Below are positions 38,460-46,866 of a DNA stretch of 53,684 nt, piece after piece. The stretch lies in contig JAZKBX010000120.1 of assembly GCA_040388455.1 (NCBI GenBank), positions 10,982-64,665 of the forward strand, read 5' to 3'. Numbering within the stretch: position 1 is the first letter of the stretch; each line of letters begins with the position of its first letter. The DNA is from Bacteroidota bacterium. GTDB lineage: Bacteria > Bacteroidota > Bacteroidia > 2-12-FULL-35-15. The notes beneath the pieces were generated by a model. It did not search any database. It had not been told where the DNA came from and worked only from the letters and a program-made list of their open reading frames with translations. The position numbers and the translations under genes are program-made.

Positions 38460-39424
38460 TATAATTGATTCAAAAACCAAATACGAGCTTTTGCAACTAT
38501 TGCATTTTTAACTTTTTTTTCATCCAATCCCGATGCTTCAAAAGTGTCCTTTTCTTCTTTAAAAACATCTGTAACAATCCATCTTAAAAATTCTCCAGTG
38601 TTTTTAGAGTCTACAGAAACATTGTTTTCATTGAAGAAGGAGATACCTTGTTTTAGTCTGCTTTCTGAAACAGTTAATTCAATAAAGTCATTTATGTTAT
38701 TCATTAATTCTACATCAATAGAATTTAATGTTTTAACTTTTGATGAAGAGTGTTTCTCGCCTTTTGATTTAAATTTTAAATCTTGATTGGTTGTACAGGT
38801 AAAAACAATTCCTTCTCCAGTTCCATCTTTATTAAAAAATTTTCCAACAGGGCAACTACTTTCAACTGAAATAGTCATTTCAATAATTTTATTCTGAACC
38901 AATTCAGGGTGGTTAAAATCAATATCTACTTCATAAGTAGGAAACTGTAAAATGTTGTAAATCCCATTTTCGTTTGCGTATAAATGTTTCGGAAATTCAA
39001 CCCATACATCATCTACCATAATTCCGAAAATAACAAACATTTTATTTAATCCATTTATGGCTACGCCCTTTTGAATATTACCTCCGCACCATTCACCGTA
39101 AACAGCAACATACTCTTTTAGTTTAAGTCCGCTGAATAAAAATTCCAAATCTTTACTCATCATTGTTGCCATAAATCCAGCACTATCTTCCTCCAAAGAT
39201 AGAACTCGTTCTCGTGATTGGAACTCCAATCTTCCATCAGAATATTTTACAATGCTGGCGTTAGTTCCATGGAGTTTAATTGTGCCTTGAAACTTTAATA
39301 CTGGATAGTTGTCTTTGTGTTGGTAAACAGCTTTTCCTTCTTCATCTTTACCTTGATAATCGTGAATAGCCTTTACGGTTCTAATCACATTCCTGAATTG
39401 TTCTATGCTTGGATATTTCTTCAT
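38459..39424 (-). CDS. RNA ligase, Rnl2 family
   Basis: Nucleotidyltransferase motifs KLHGTN (I), QSR, YGEWCG (III), FVIFGI (IIIa), GEGIV (IV), FKSKGEKHS (V). Confidence 0.88.
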   Translation of the reverse strand: MKKYPSIEQFRNVIRTVKAIHDYQGKDEEGKAVYQHKDNYPVLKFQGTIKLHGTNASIVKYSDGRLEFQSRERVLSLEEDSAGFMATMMSKDLEFLFSGLKLKEYVAVYGEWCGGNIQKGVAINGLNKMFVIFGIMVDDVWVEFPKHLYANENGIYNILQFPTYEVDIDFNHPELVQNKIIEMTISVESSCPVGKFFNKDGTGEGIVFTCTTNQDLKFKSKGEKHSSSKVKTLNSIDVELMNNINDFIELTVSESRLKQGISFFNENNVSVDSKNTGEFLRWIVTDVFKEEKDTFEASGLDEKKVKNAIVAKARIWFLNQL

Positions 39425-39431
39425 GATTTAC

Positions 39432-39629
39432 TTATTTAGATACATTTGGTACTTTTTCGTGGTAATCCCATCCATTTTTTTCGCCACATTCAAAGCAACA
39501 CAGTTTCAGTGTCAATATTTTATCTTTATTTTCAATAAAATATGTTCTTATACCGTTGTTGCCGCATTCAAGATAACGGCCTTTTTCCTTTATATTTAAG
39601 ATGTATTTATTATCAGCTATTGTTGTCAT
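39432..39629 (-). CDS. Hypothetical protein
   Basis: 65-aa ORF with CFEC motif. Confidence 0.5.
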   Translation of the reverse strand: MTTIADNKYILNIKEKGRYLECGNNGIRTYFIENKDKILTLKLCCFECGEKNGWDYHEKVPNVSK

Positions 39630-39632
39630 GGT

Positions 39633-39815
39633 TTACATATTGAATAGTGTGGGTGCCGCATCAAACTGAACCAGCATTAAATCAACTTCTCTTTCTGACT
39701 TTTTTGATCTATCAAGATCAGAAAAGTCCCGGGACTTGAAATACGCTTTTTGATTCTGCCTCATTACCTTTACAGCTTTGATGAACTCGGTTATTTTTTC
39801 AGGTGTTGCCTCCAT
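39633..39815 (-). CDS. Conserved small phage protein
   Basis: 'F...V..MRQ.QKAYFKSR....L..SKK.EREVD' pattern recurrent in Bacteroidota phages. Confidence 0.6.
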   Translation of the reverse strand: MEATPEKITEFIKAVKVMRQNQKAYFKSRDFSDLDRSKKSEREVDLMLVQFDAAPTLFNM

Positions 39816-40396
39816 TATATTGAATCCTCGTCTTCGTCAAGGTTAAAAGTCTCAGTGATTTCTTCCTTTGTAATTGTGGCTCCGGATTCAACAGACTTTA
39901 TCATTTCTCTGGCCTCTTTAATGATTGTTTCTTTAGCCTTTATATTTAAAGGTTTTCTTGATCCTTCTACTTCGGGTAATGCTTCGATAATGTCCTTGAA
40001 TGGAATTGCTTCTAACCCTTCTATATGAGGATTTGTTTCAATAACACTATCCGATTGAACTGTAGCCCAAAGGGTTTTGCCTATACAGTCAAGGCTATTG
40101 AATACCTCTTTGTCTTTTATAGTTCCTGCAGAATGGCACATTTTGATGAACTCGGAACTATTGAAGTCGTAAGATTTATCAATTTGCTTGTTTTTGCCAT
40201 CAGCAAAAGTAACAACAACCTGATTGCCTTCCTTTGAAGCGCCAATGATGCACACTAAATGATCACCGTTTGGTAATTCTTTTTTAAGTACTGTTGATCT
40301 GCTCATGTTAGTTTCATTTATTAAACACGACATTCTTTTAGCTAAAGATTTGTCAGATGTAGTGAATTTTCCGTTTGTAAATATTACTGTATCCAT
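39815..40396 (-). CDS. Hypothetical protein with acidic C-terminus
   Basis: 193 aa; ATG lies 2 nt after the tRNA CCA. Confidence 0.6.
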   Translation of the reverse strand: MDTVIFTNGKFTTSDKSLAKRMSCLINETNMSRSTVLKKELPNGDHLVCIIGASKEGNQVVVTFADGKNKQIDKSYDFNSSEFIKMCHSAGTIKDKEVFNSLDCIGKTLWATVQSDSVIETNPHIEGLEAIPFKDIIEALPEVEGSRKPLNIKAKETIIKEAREMIKSVESGATITKEEITETFNLDEDEDSI

Positions 40397-40398
40397 TT

Positions 40399-40475
40399 TG
40401 GTGTACCCGGATGGAATCGAACCACCGACACTATCATTATGAGTGATATGCTCTAACCAACTGAGCTACGGGAAC
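40399..40475 (-). tRNA. tRNA with CAT anticodon (Met or Ile2), encoded CCA
   Basis: GTTCCCG TA GCTC AGTTGGTTA GAGC A TATCA CTCATAA TGATA GTGTC GGTGG TTCGATT CCATC CGGGTAC A CCA; full cloverleaf, U3-U70 mismatch. Confidence 0.93.
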
Positions 40476-40836
40476 AAACCCCTTTTGTTTACCTGTTTTC
40501 ACAAGTCCATATTGAGGGCACTCTTCTGGTAATGTTTTAAAAGCATAAATGCAGAGGGTTGTCTGACTAACTTCATGCTTTTGCTACTACAATAGTACTG
40601 AGAAGTGACTCCCTGGTTGATGTTTACAGAGTTGTAAATCGCCACAGCTTCCTGTTTCCTATTTTAATCCCTAACACTAAAGGCAGTAAGGTTGGAATTT
40701 TAAGTGTTTGTGCATTTCTGCCTTGTAATAGTTTTTGCTCTTAAAAGGACAGCCCTACAGTTTGGTTCCAGTGTTTTCCATTTCAGGTGGCGTTTGTTCT
40801 GTCTTCTCAACGTTACCGTTGCGAATCTCCTTTTAA
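40476..40836 (-). ncRNA. Candidate large structured ncRNA upstream of the tRNA
   Basis: ~360 nt with no credible ORF in a gene-dense arm; many helices, two GNRA tetraloops, long-range complementarities. Confidence 0.65.
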
Positions 40837-40840
40837 TATT

Positions 40841-41650
40841 TTAAAAATCTTCGTCCTCAACAACTGTAGAAGTAGCCATTGTAACTCCAGCCGATTCTTC
40901 AATTGTTTCTGTTGCTGTTGAGTTTGCATAAGCCTCAGCCGCTGCAATTTCCGATGCTGCTTCTTCACCAATTGGCGCTCCAGTTGACGTTCTACTGAAA
41001 TAAGATTTTAAGAATGCCTGAAGCTCAGTATCAAGTTCCATTGCTTTTGCATCAGTTTCCGGTTTAACGGTTATTAATTCAAATACAGGCTCATTCCATT
41101 CTACAGCTCCTTTTTTACCCGGATTTGTAGTAGCAACTTTAAAAGCGCAATCAGAAATCTTTTTACCTGATTTTGTTACAGCGTTTACAACTTCAATCCA
41201 TGCTCCGATAGACGATCCGAAAAGTTTAATGTTGCCAAGTTGCATTTGCTTGTTTTCATCAAAATAACCGATATAGATGGAGTTTGCGAATTTAGCATCC
41301 ATAGCCTCAGCTTGTTGCTTAATTGAATCCCAAGATCCTTTTAAAACGGTTTCTCCCTTTAACTTAACCTCCATGATTTCAGTTTTAGTCGCTCCCATAA
41401 AGTTGCGAACTTCATTCCCGTAGAAAGAGCCTTTTGCTTTATCACTGAATCCTCCAACTGTTGTAAGCACATCAAGTACTACAAATTTAAAAGGAATCGG
41501 AACCATAACATTTGCACCTTTTTTAGAGGCATCTTTTGGGTTTGGAAGGTCTTTATCATAATATTTAAAGCCTTTTGTTGTGGAGTCCCACTGGAACCAC
41601 CTTTTAGATGGATTCAAAATAGGATCTGCGGTTGGGTTTGATCTTGACAT
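40841..41650 (-). CDS. Putative single-stranded DNA-binding protein
   Basis: Beta-rich core, flexible Ala/Glu linker, acidic-aromatic tail EDEDF; high-expression codons; own promoter. Confidence 0.65.
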   Translation of the reverse strand: MSRSNPTADPILNPSKRWFQWDSTTKGFKYYDKDLPNPKDASKKGANVMVPIPFKFVVLDVLTTVGGFSDKAKGSFYGNEVRNFMGATKTEIMEVKLKGETVLKGSWDSIKQQAEAMDAKFANSIYIGYFDENKQMQLGNIKLFGSSIGAWIEVVNAVTKSGKKISDCAFKVATTNPGKKGAVEWNEPVFELITVKPETDAKAMELDTELQAFLKSYFSRTSTGAPIGEEAASEIAAAEAYANSTATETIEESAGVTMATSTVVEDEDF

Positions 41651-41695
41651 GTTTGTGGATTTAGTTTAATTGTTTATGTGTAATATTTGGAGCGA

Positions 41696-41726
41696 CAAAT
41701 GTAAGAAGTTTATTTTATAAAACAAA
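41696..41726 (-). promoter_or_regulatory. Consensus Bacteroidota promoter (TTTG-N19-TACATTTG) with near-palindromic operator
   Basis: - strand TTTG 41726-41723, TACATTTG 41703-41696; TTATTTTATAAAACAA at 41710-41725. Confidence 0.85.
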
Positions 41727-41744
41727 CTTTTATTGAAAATATTT

Positions 41745-42371
41745 TCAATTATTTAGAAGTCCTACTTCCTGCAAAAGATTTACGATTTGTTGTTTGGTTG
41801 GTTTTAGGTATAAGTTTTCAAAAACTTGTTCGTTAGGATTGGAGTTAGACCAGCATGATGAACTATAATTTTTATCTTCAGTTCCTTCATAAACTAACCA
41901 AGCTGACCATTTATCATATTCACAAGCAACGGTGTGTATTTGGTGGGCTGGCATAGAAATACTATCACCTTCATTAACCCACCTGTAATCTGTTGTAGCA
42001 AGATAAGAGTATCCTTCGCTTTTAAACTTTAATTTGCCTTTTGTGATTTTACTTTGATACTTAAATTTTTGAATGTAAATTCCAGCACTGGATTCCTTTA
42101 ATTCCCAATTTAAGAATCGGCCTTTTACACATTGTAAAGTTAAATTGCAGTGGTGAGGATGGAACGCTACTGACATTGAGTTGTCTGAATAGTATTCAGG
42201 AAAGTTTTTCCACATCTGATTTTTAGGTTCAGATATATAAAGACGAATTGTTTTGCCTGGGCTTTCCAATAACATTATTGAGTGAAGGCCTGGACAATGA
42301 CAATTGAGTAAAGATTTGGACACAATTTTATCAATGTTGTTGTGCAGAAGATGGTTAATCAATGTTTTCAT
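41745..42371 (-). CDS. Hypothetical protein, possible cupin-like metal-binding fold
   Basis: 'AFHPHHCNLTL' and 'MPAHQIHTV' His motifs. Confidence 0.55.
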   Translation of the reverse strand: MKTLINHLLHNNIDKIVSKSLLNCHCPGLHSIMLLESPGKTIRLYISEPKNQMWKNFPEYYSDNSMSVAFHPHHCNLTLQCVKGRFLNWELKESSAGIYIQKFKYQSKITKGKLKFKSEGYSYLATTDYRWVNEGDSISMPAHQIHTVACEYDKWSAWLVYEGTEDKNYSSSCWSNSNPNEQVFENLYLKPTKQQIVNLLQEVGLLNN

Positions 42372-42379
42372 ACGTTGGT

Positions 42380-43222
42380 TTATCTAATTGTAAGTGATTC
42401 TTCTAAAAAGAACTTAACCCCGTTAATAATACATCCATCGGTAAGTGACTCTTTATTGTCGGACATATATTTTTTCACAACTGCTTCATTCAGCATGATC
42501 CACTCAAAAGGGCAATCATCCAAACTTTCAATTGAGAACTTCCATGTTTTCCGGCTGCCGGCCAATTTCGTTACAACCGTTTCAGCAATAGCCGCTGTGC
42601 CAATTTGATTATTAGTCTCTTCAATATGCTCTTTAATAATTGCTGTTTCTTCTTCATCGACTTGTGCTGGTGTTGTAATGGCTGTTTTTCTTGACTTTGA
42701 ATATTCATTAAGCGTTAACCTGGTGTTCATAAAATCCGGAAGGAACTCAAACCATTTTTCTTTTCCAGGATGGTTAACAATTAAACGCTCCCGGACCTCT
42801 CTCAACTGCTCCATAGTGGTGCATTTGTCCATTTCAGCAATAGCATCGTTGCTGTATTTGGCAATGGCATTTTTAATACCCAGGATACGGTTTTGTTCCT
42901 GTAGAGCTTTTTCCTTTTTCTGCTTATCGTAAGTAAGCATTTTGATTTTGCCATCGTCCACGGCCTTTTTTATTGGATCGGATAGCTTTTTTGCAAGAGC
43001 ATCAATTGCAGTACAGGCATCCCAATACGGCTTTTTAACTTCCGTTCTTTTGGCATCAATATCCTTTACGAGCTTGTTGGCCTCAGAATATTTCTGCTGT
43101 GCAATCGATAAAGTAGTGTCGTCAGTAATGTTTATTTTACTGCATGCAACTGCAATATCTGTTGCTTGTTTCTGTAAAGCCTGTAATGCGGCTTGTTCTT
43201 TGGTGATTAAAAGTTCACTCAT
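42380..43222 (-). CDS. Coiled-coil phage protein (Gam/gp157-like C-terminus, tentative)
   Basis: 'K.ID.KR.EVKKPY' coiled coil and 'RKTWKF.I..LD.CP.EW...NE..V.K....I.GV.F..E' tail. Confidence 0.55.
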   Translation of the reverse strand: MSELLITKEQAALQALQKQATDIAVACSKINITDDTTLSIAQQKYSEANKLVKDIDAKRTEVKKPYWDACTAIDALAKKLSDPIKKAVDDGKIKMLTYDKQKKEKALQEQNRILGIKNAIAKYSNDAIAEMDKCTTMEQLREVRERLIVNHPGKEKWFEFLPDFMNTRLTLNEYSKSRKTAITTPAQVDEEETAIIKEHIEETNNQIGTAAIAETVVTKLAGSRKTWKFSIESLDDCPFEWIMLNEAVVKKYMSDNKESLTDGCIINGVKFFLEESLTIR

Positions 43223-43240
43223 ATATTTGTTTTTTTTTGT

Positions 43241-43987
43241 TTAAAAAATTGTTATGCGTTTTTGATTTTTGTAATTAAATAACTCTTCAAGGTGTAATAT
43301 GTAATCTTTTGTGGTCCTTCTTGCCTCAACTACAAGGTTATGTTTGCTGAGTTTATTAATTACCTGTGCGTGGTTGTATTTATCTGATCCAATCAGTTTT
43401 GCAATAGCAAGTACAAAGTGTCCAGACTTACTGCTCTCTGAAAAAGATTTGTAATCGATAACTTTTTCAGCTACACCTTTAGCAAAGTCGTAATTAGTAA
43501 TCCTGAATGTTCCGTTTCTAAATTGTTCAATAACTTTTCCACCGCCATTGCTTGCGGCTGGTCCAGAAGAAAGGAGTTGAAGAGATGTACTTAAAGGGAA
43601 GCCGTATTTATCCAAAAATTCTCTTAGCTTTATGTAGTCCTGCTTACCTGTGTCGCAAAAGCAAGCAATGAAATCTTTATTAGCCCATTTATCAGTGTTG
43701 CTGTTTAGGTCTGCAATGTCAACTAAGCCGGAGCTTGATTTAGTTATAACATAAAAAACTTCATGGTTTAATTTTACGCATGCAGAAAATCTGTGCTGTC
43801 CATCAACAATACTCATTCCTTCATCAACAATTATGGGGCAATGCTGTAGTAGGTTGTTCCCATTGTTAACAGATTTAACAATCTTGTTGATCTTTTTTTG
43901 GGATAGTTCTCGGTTGCCTTTTATTAATTTAAACTTTCCGTAACTGATAGTTCTGTAAATTTTGTTTTCGCTTTCTTTGTGTATCAT
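43241..43987 (-). CDS. ParB/Srx-like N-terminal domain protein
   Basis: 'NREL....I..I..S......PIIV.....IVDGQHRFSA'. Confidence 0.75.
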   Translation of the reverse strand: MIHKESENKIYRTISYGKFKLIKGNRELSQKKINKIVKSVNNGNNLLQHCPIIVDEGMSIVDGQHRFSACVKLNHEVFYVITKSSSGLVDIADLNSNTDKWANKDFIACFCDTGKQDYIKLREFLDKYGFPLSTSLQLLSSGPAASNGGGKVIEQFRNGTFRITNYDFAKGVAEKVIDYKSFSESSKSGHFVLAIAKLIGSDKYNHAQVINKLSKHNLVVEARRTTKDYILHLEELFNYKNQKRITIF

Positions 43988-44000
43988 GTTTTTTTAGTTT

Positions 44001-44261
44001 TTATAAGTTTGCAAATTCTGTTTCTAATTCCTTAATACGGGCCTCTAATTTCATTAAATATAGAGTTTTGATATCAGCATAACTTATAGGCATAAAACTT
44101 TCATATAAATCATCTATATGGCTGTCGGATGTGTACCTTGCCGATACTTTTATTTGTGTCCACTTGTGCTGATTGTCTTCAGTTAGACGTTTCCGGTGCA
44201 TTTTAAGTTTGTTGATCGACTCTTCTAAATTTTTTGCTGTTTGTAATTTTTCTGCGTTCAT
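44001..44261 (-). CDS. Hypothetical protein
   Basis: 86 aa ending LETEFANL. Confidence 0.6.
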   Translation of the reverse strand: MNAEKLQTAKNLEESINKLKMHRKRLTEDNQHKWTQIKVSARYTSDSHIDDLYESFMPISYADIKTLYLMKLEARIKELETEFANL

Positions 44262-44290
44262 GGTTTATTTATGGTTTATTGGTTTAAATT

Positions 44291-46162
44291 TTAAAAAGGA
44301 ACTTCATCGGGGTCAAAGGTTGATACGGGTGTTTCTAATGGAAGCTCGCCTGGAGACTCAACAATATTCGTTTTGCCGGTTATCCAGTTAGTGAAGTCTG
44401 GGTATCCTGAAGCATAGTATCTGCCGCTTTTAGCTTCGTATAAATACTCGGACTCTCCAACCCATCCGAAGTGCTTAAACTTAACCTTTTGTCTGTACCA
44501 TGTACAAATACCTGTTGCTCTATCAAGATAAACACAGATTCCATTATCAGCTTTATTGAAGAAATTAGAGCTTCCGGATATACTGTATAGGGTTGGAACA
44601 ACAAACATTCCTGTTTTTTTATCCTTTTCCACCTTTGTGGGGTGTGCTACAAGAAAACAATGTAAGTTATTGGCCTCACAAAACACAGCTAATTCGTCTA
44701 AAGCCCTCCCTACAGCGTGTGTATCATTGTCTTTATGCTCTAATTTATTCCAAGCATCAATTACAAAATAGTCAAGTCCAAAACGTATTTGCAAATTGCG
44801 TATGCTGGCAAGTATTGAAGTAAGTGAAAAGTCTTTTTCAGGCTTAATAAACCATATCTTTTTATCAAGATAATCTTGAACCATCTGATTTTCTTCCTTG
44901 GTGATGCGATTTTCTCCTTCCCATGCCTTACCAACCAATCTACTTGCCATTTTACTGTAATGTAATTGGGTTGGTTTATTCTCTGGAGAATAGAACGCGC
45001 CTTGCCAGTTGTGCCTGTTTGTGAGTCGTAATGTTATCTCATCTACACACTCCGATTTACCTTGGCCTGGTATTCCTGTAACAACAGTGATATATCCTTT
45101 TACAAAACGAAGGGGGAAGTTTTTTAATCCAATACTTACACCTTTATCAAGTCCTCGCTCATACATATCACTGATTTCGTAAGCTATGTCACTTATTGTA
45201 AATGCTCCTTCTAACGGGAATTTAACAGGATTTGAACAGCAATCAATAACTCCTTGGATGCCATACTGCATTAAAACAGCGTTTCCATCTTTCTTATCCT
45301 TCCACTCTATGTAATCGCATTTATGCTTCCCTATTCGTTCAGCGAAGTCCTCACGCAACTTTCGACCATTAATATCGTTGTCAAATCCTAAGTGCCATAT
45401 CTCTATATGCTCAATATCCTTTAGGCAATTATTTAGGTAGATAAGGTTGTTCTTTTTTTCGCTAGCACCATTTGGGACTGAAACTACTCCCATTGTTTCG
45501 TTATCAAATCCAGCCTCAATTAGCGATAACCAATCAATTTCTCCTTCTACTGCGAATGCCTCTTTCTTTCCTTTTAAGCTATCTAATCCACAAAGGATTA
45601 ATTCAGCTCCCTTAACAAGTTTAAAGGATTTATTTGGGCCTCGAAATTTTGTGTTTACAAGAACATCATTTCTGAAGTAGTTAAACTGCATTGTATTGAC
45701 TTCTTCAAACCCGTTTTTGGTAGGCATCAACTCTTTGCCTTCAGTAACTTTAGCTTTAAGTAATGTTTTTTGGCTTATTTTTCTGCCTTCAAACCATTTA
45801 ACAACTTTAGGAGAAAGATCAGTTTTATTTTTCCATTCCGGAACAACATATTTTTGAGAACCTTCTTCAACTAATGGGATGTTATATTTATTTGCTAAGT
45901 ATCTTAAAGAGTCCGGGTAGCTTAATCCTTCTTTAAGTTGTAAGAATTTCATTGCATCGTTTCCTGCCGCTGAGCATCCGAAACACTTAAACATGGTTTT
46001 GTCAGCAGCCATTGAAACGTAAAATGATGGCGTATAGTCCTTGTGGAAAGGGCATGATCCTACCCAATTAGTGCCGCGCTTTGTCATGGTGACAAAATCT
46101 TCAACCACTTCAATGAGTACTGACTTTTGTTTTATTTCTTCTTCGCAATCTAAAGTAAGCAT
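44291..46162 (-). CDS. DNA primase-helicase (CHC2 zinc finger + TOPRIM + SF4/Twinkle-like helicase)
   Basis: CPFHKDYTPSF...FKCFGC; VEGEID; FDND; VTGIPGQGKS; VIDAWN; LVAHP; ISGSSNFFNKADN. Confidence 0.93.
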   Translation of the reverse strand: MLTLDCEEEIKQKSVLIEVVEDFVTMTKRGTNWVGSCPFHKDYTPSFYVSMAADKTMFKCFGCSAAGNDAMKFLQLKEGLSYPDSLRYLANKYNIPLVEEGSQKYVVPEWKNKTDLSPKVVKWFEGRKISQKTLLKAKVTEGKELMPTKNGFEEVNTMQFNYFRNDVLVNTKFRGPNKSFKLVKGAELILCGLDSLKGKKEAFAVEGEIDWLSLIEAGFDNETMGVVSVPNGASEKKNNLIYLNNCLKDIEHIEIWHLGFDNDINGRKLREDFAERIGKHKCDYIEWKDKKDGNAVLMQYGIQGVIDCCSNPVKFPLEGAFTISDIAYEISDMYERGLDKGVSIGLKNFPLRFVKGYITVVTGIPGQGKSECVDEITLRLTNRHNWQGAFYSPENKPTQLHYSKMASRLVGKAWEGENRITKEENQMVQDYLDKKIWFIKPEKDFSLTSILASIRNLQIRFGLDYFVIDAWNKLEHKDNDTHAVGRALDELAVFCEANNLHCFLVAHPTKVEKDKKTGMFVVPTLYSISGSSNFFNKADNGICVYLDRATGICTWYRQKVKFKHFGWVGESEYLYEAKSGRYYASGYPDFTNWITGKTNIVESPGELPLETPVSTFDPDEVPF

Positions 46163-46168
46163 AGTATA

Positions 46169-46390
46169 TTATTTCTTAAATGTGAAATTTCTTATTTCCT
46201 GGAGCTTATCTTCCACTTGCTTTTTGGTATATGCTCCATCATCATCAAACTGTATAGAGAATATGTCTCCTTTAGATTTTACTATTAAATTTTTAATCAA
46301 AGGAAACTCAAACTTTATCGCTTCTTCAATTGCGTGTTGAAAATCATTTTTATAAAAACAGTCTAAATTTATATCGTCAAACTTTTTCAT
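46169..46390 (-). CDS. Hypothetical protein
   Basis: 73-aa ORF in operon. Confidence 0.55.
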   Translation of the reverse strand: MKKFDDINLDCFYKNDFQHAIEEAIKFEFPLIKNLIVKSKGDIFSIQFDDDGAYTKKQVEDKLQEIRNFTFKK

Positions 46391-46620
46391 TCTCTTCTGT
46401 GTTTAAAACAATTTTGGGTTTCTAACTGGCAAGTATTCGGGATGAATGAAACTGGTTTATTAAACTTTGTGCAACCGCCAAATGCAAGTTGGTCCATTAA
46501 TCCTGTTCCTTCGTAAGTAAGTTTGTGAGCTTTTAATTTTTCAATATCTCTCTCCATAAATATACAATCATTACAATTGCAATCAATATTTTGCAGAGCT
46601 ATAGCGCTTTCTTTAGTCAT
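46387..46620 (-). CDS. Cys-rich hypothetical protein
   Basis: CNCNDC...GC.KF...P.TC.....CF. Confidence 0.6.
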   Translation of the reverse strand: MTKESAIALQNIDCNCNDCIFMERDIEKLKAHKLTYEGTGLMDQLAFGGCTKFNKPVSFIPNTCQLETQNCFKHRRE

Positions 46621-46864
46621 TATTTCCTAATTGACTTAAAATATTATCCGCAATTTTTATTGCTCTGCCAGAAATATCTGTATTGAATCCAATGTTTTCA
46701 TTTTTTTGCATTTCCGCAAAAGTGGTTAAAAGTTCTGGGCTGGAGTATATTCCACTTAAAATAGCTTGCATAGCTAATCCGGCAAAATATTCTCGTTTGG
46801 TTAAACCTGGATATATTTCAGTTCTGTTTTCTACAACAAATGCTGGTTTATCTGCGTTGTTCAT
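46613..46864 (-). CDS. Conserved phage protein (GLTKREYFA motif)
   Basis: 'PAF...GLTKREYFAGLAMQAIL...A..IAD.IL..L' widespread phage family. Confidence 0.7.
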   Translation of the reverse strand: MNNADKPAFVVENRTEIYPGLTKREYFAGLAMQAILSGIYSSPELLTTFAEMQKNENIGFNTDISGRAIKIADNILSQLGNND

Positions 46865-46866
46865 GA

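Noticed and set aside
40399-40475. tRNA as attP/prophage boundary
   Set aside because: No integrase, no duplicated tRNA 3' end, and phage genes continue on both sides
40476-40836. tmRNA, RNase P RNA or group I intron
   Set aside because: Similar size, but no tRNA-like termini or T-arm, no convincing tag ORF, no GAGGAAAGUCC P4 motif, no recognisable P7 core or interrupted exon. Judged by eye only; cmscan is needed.
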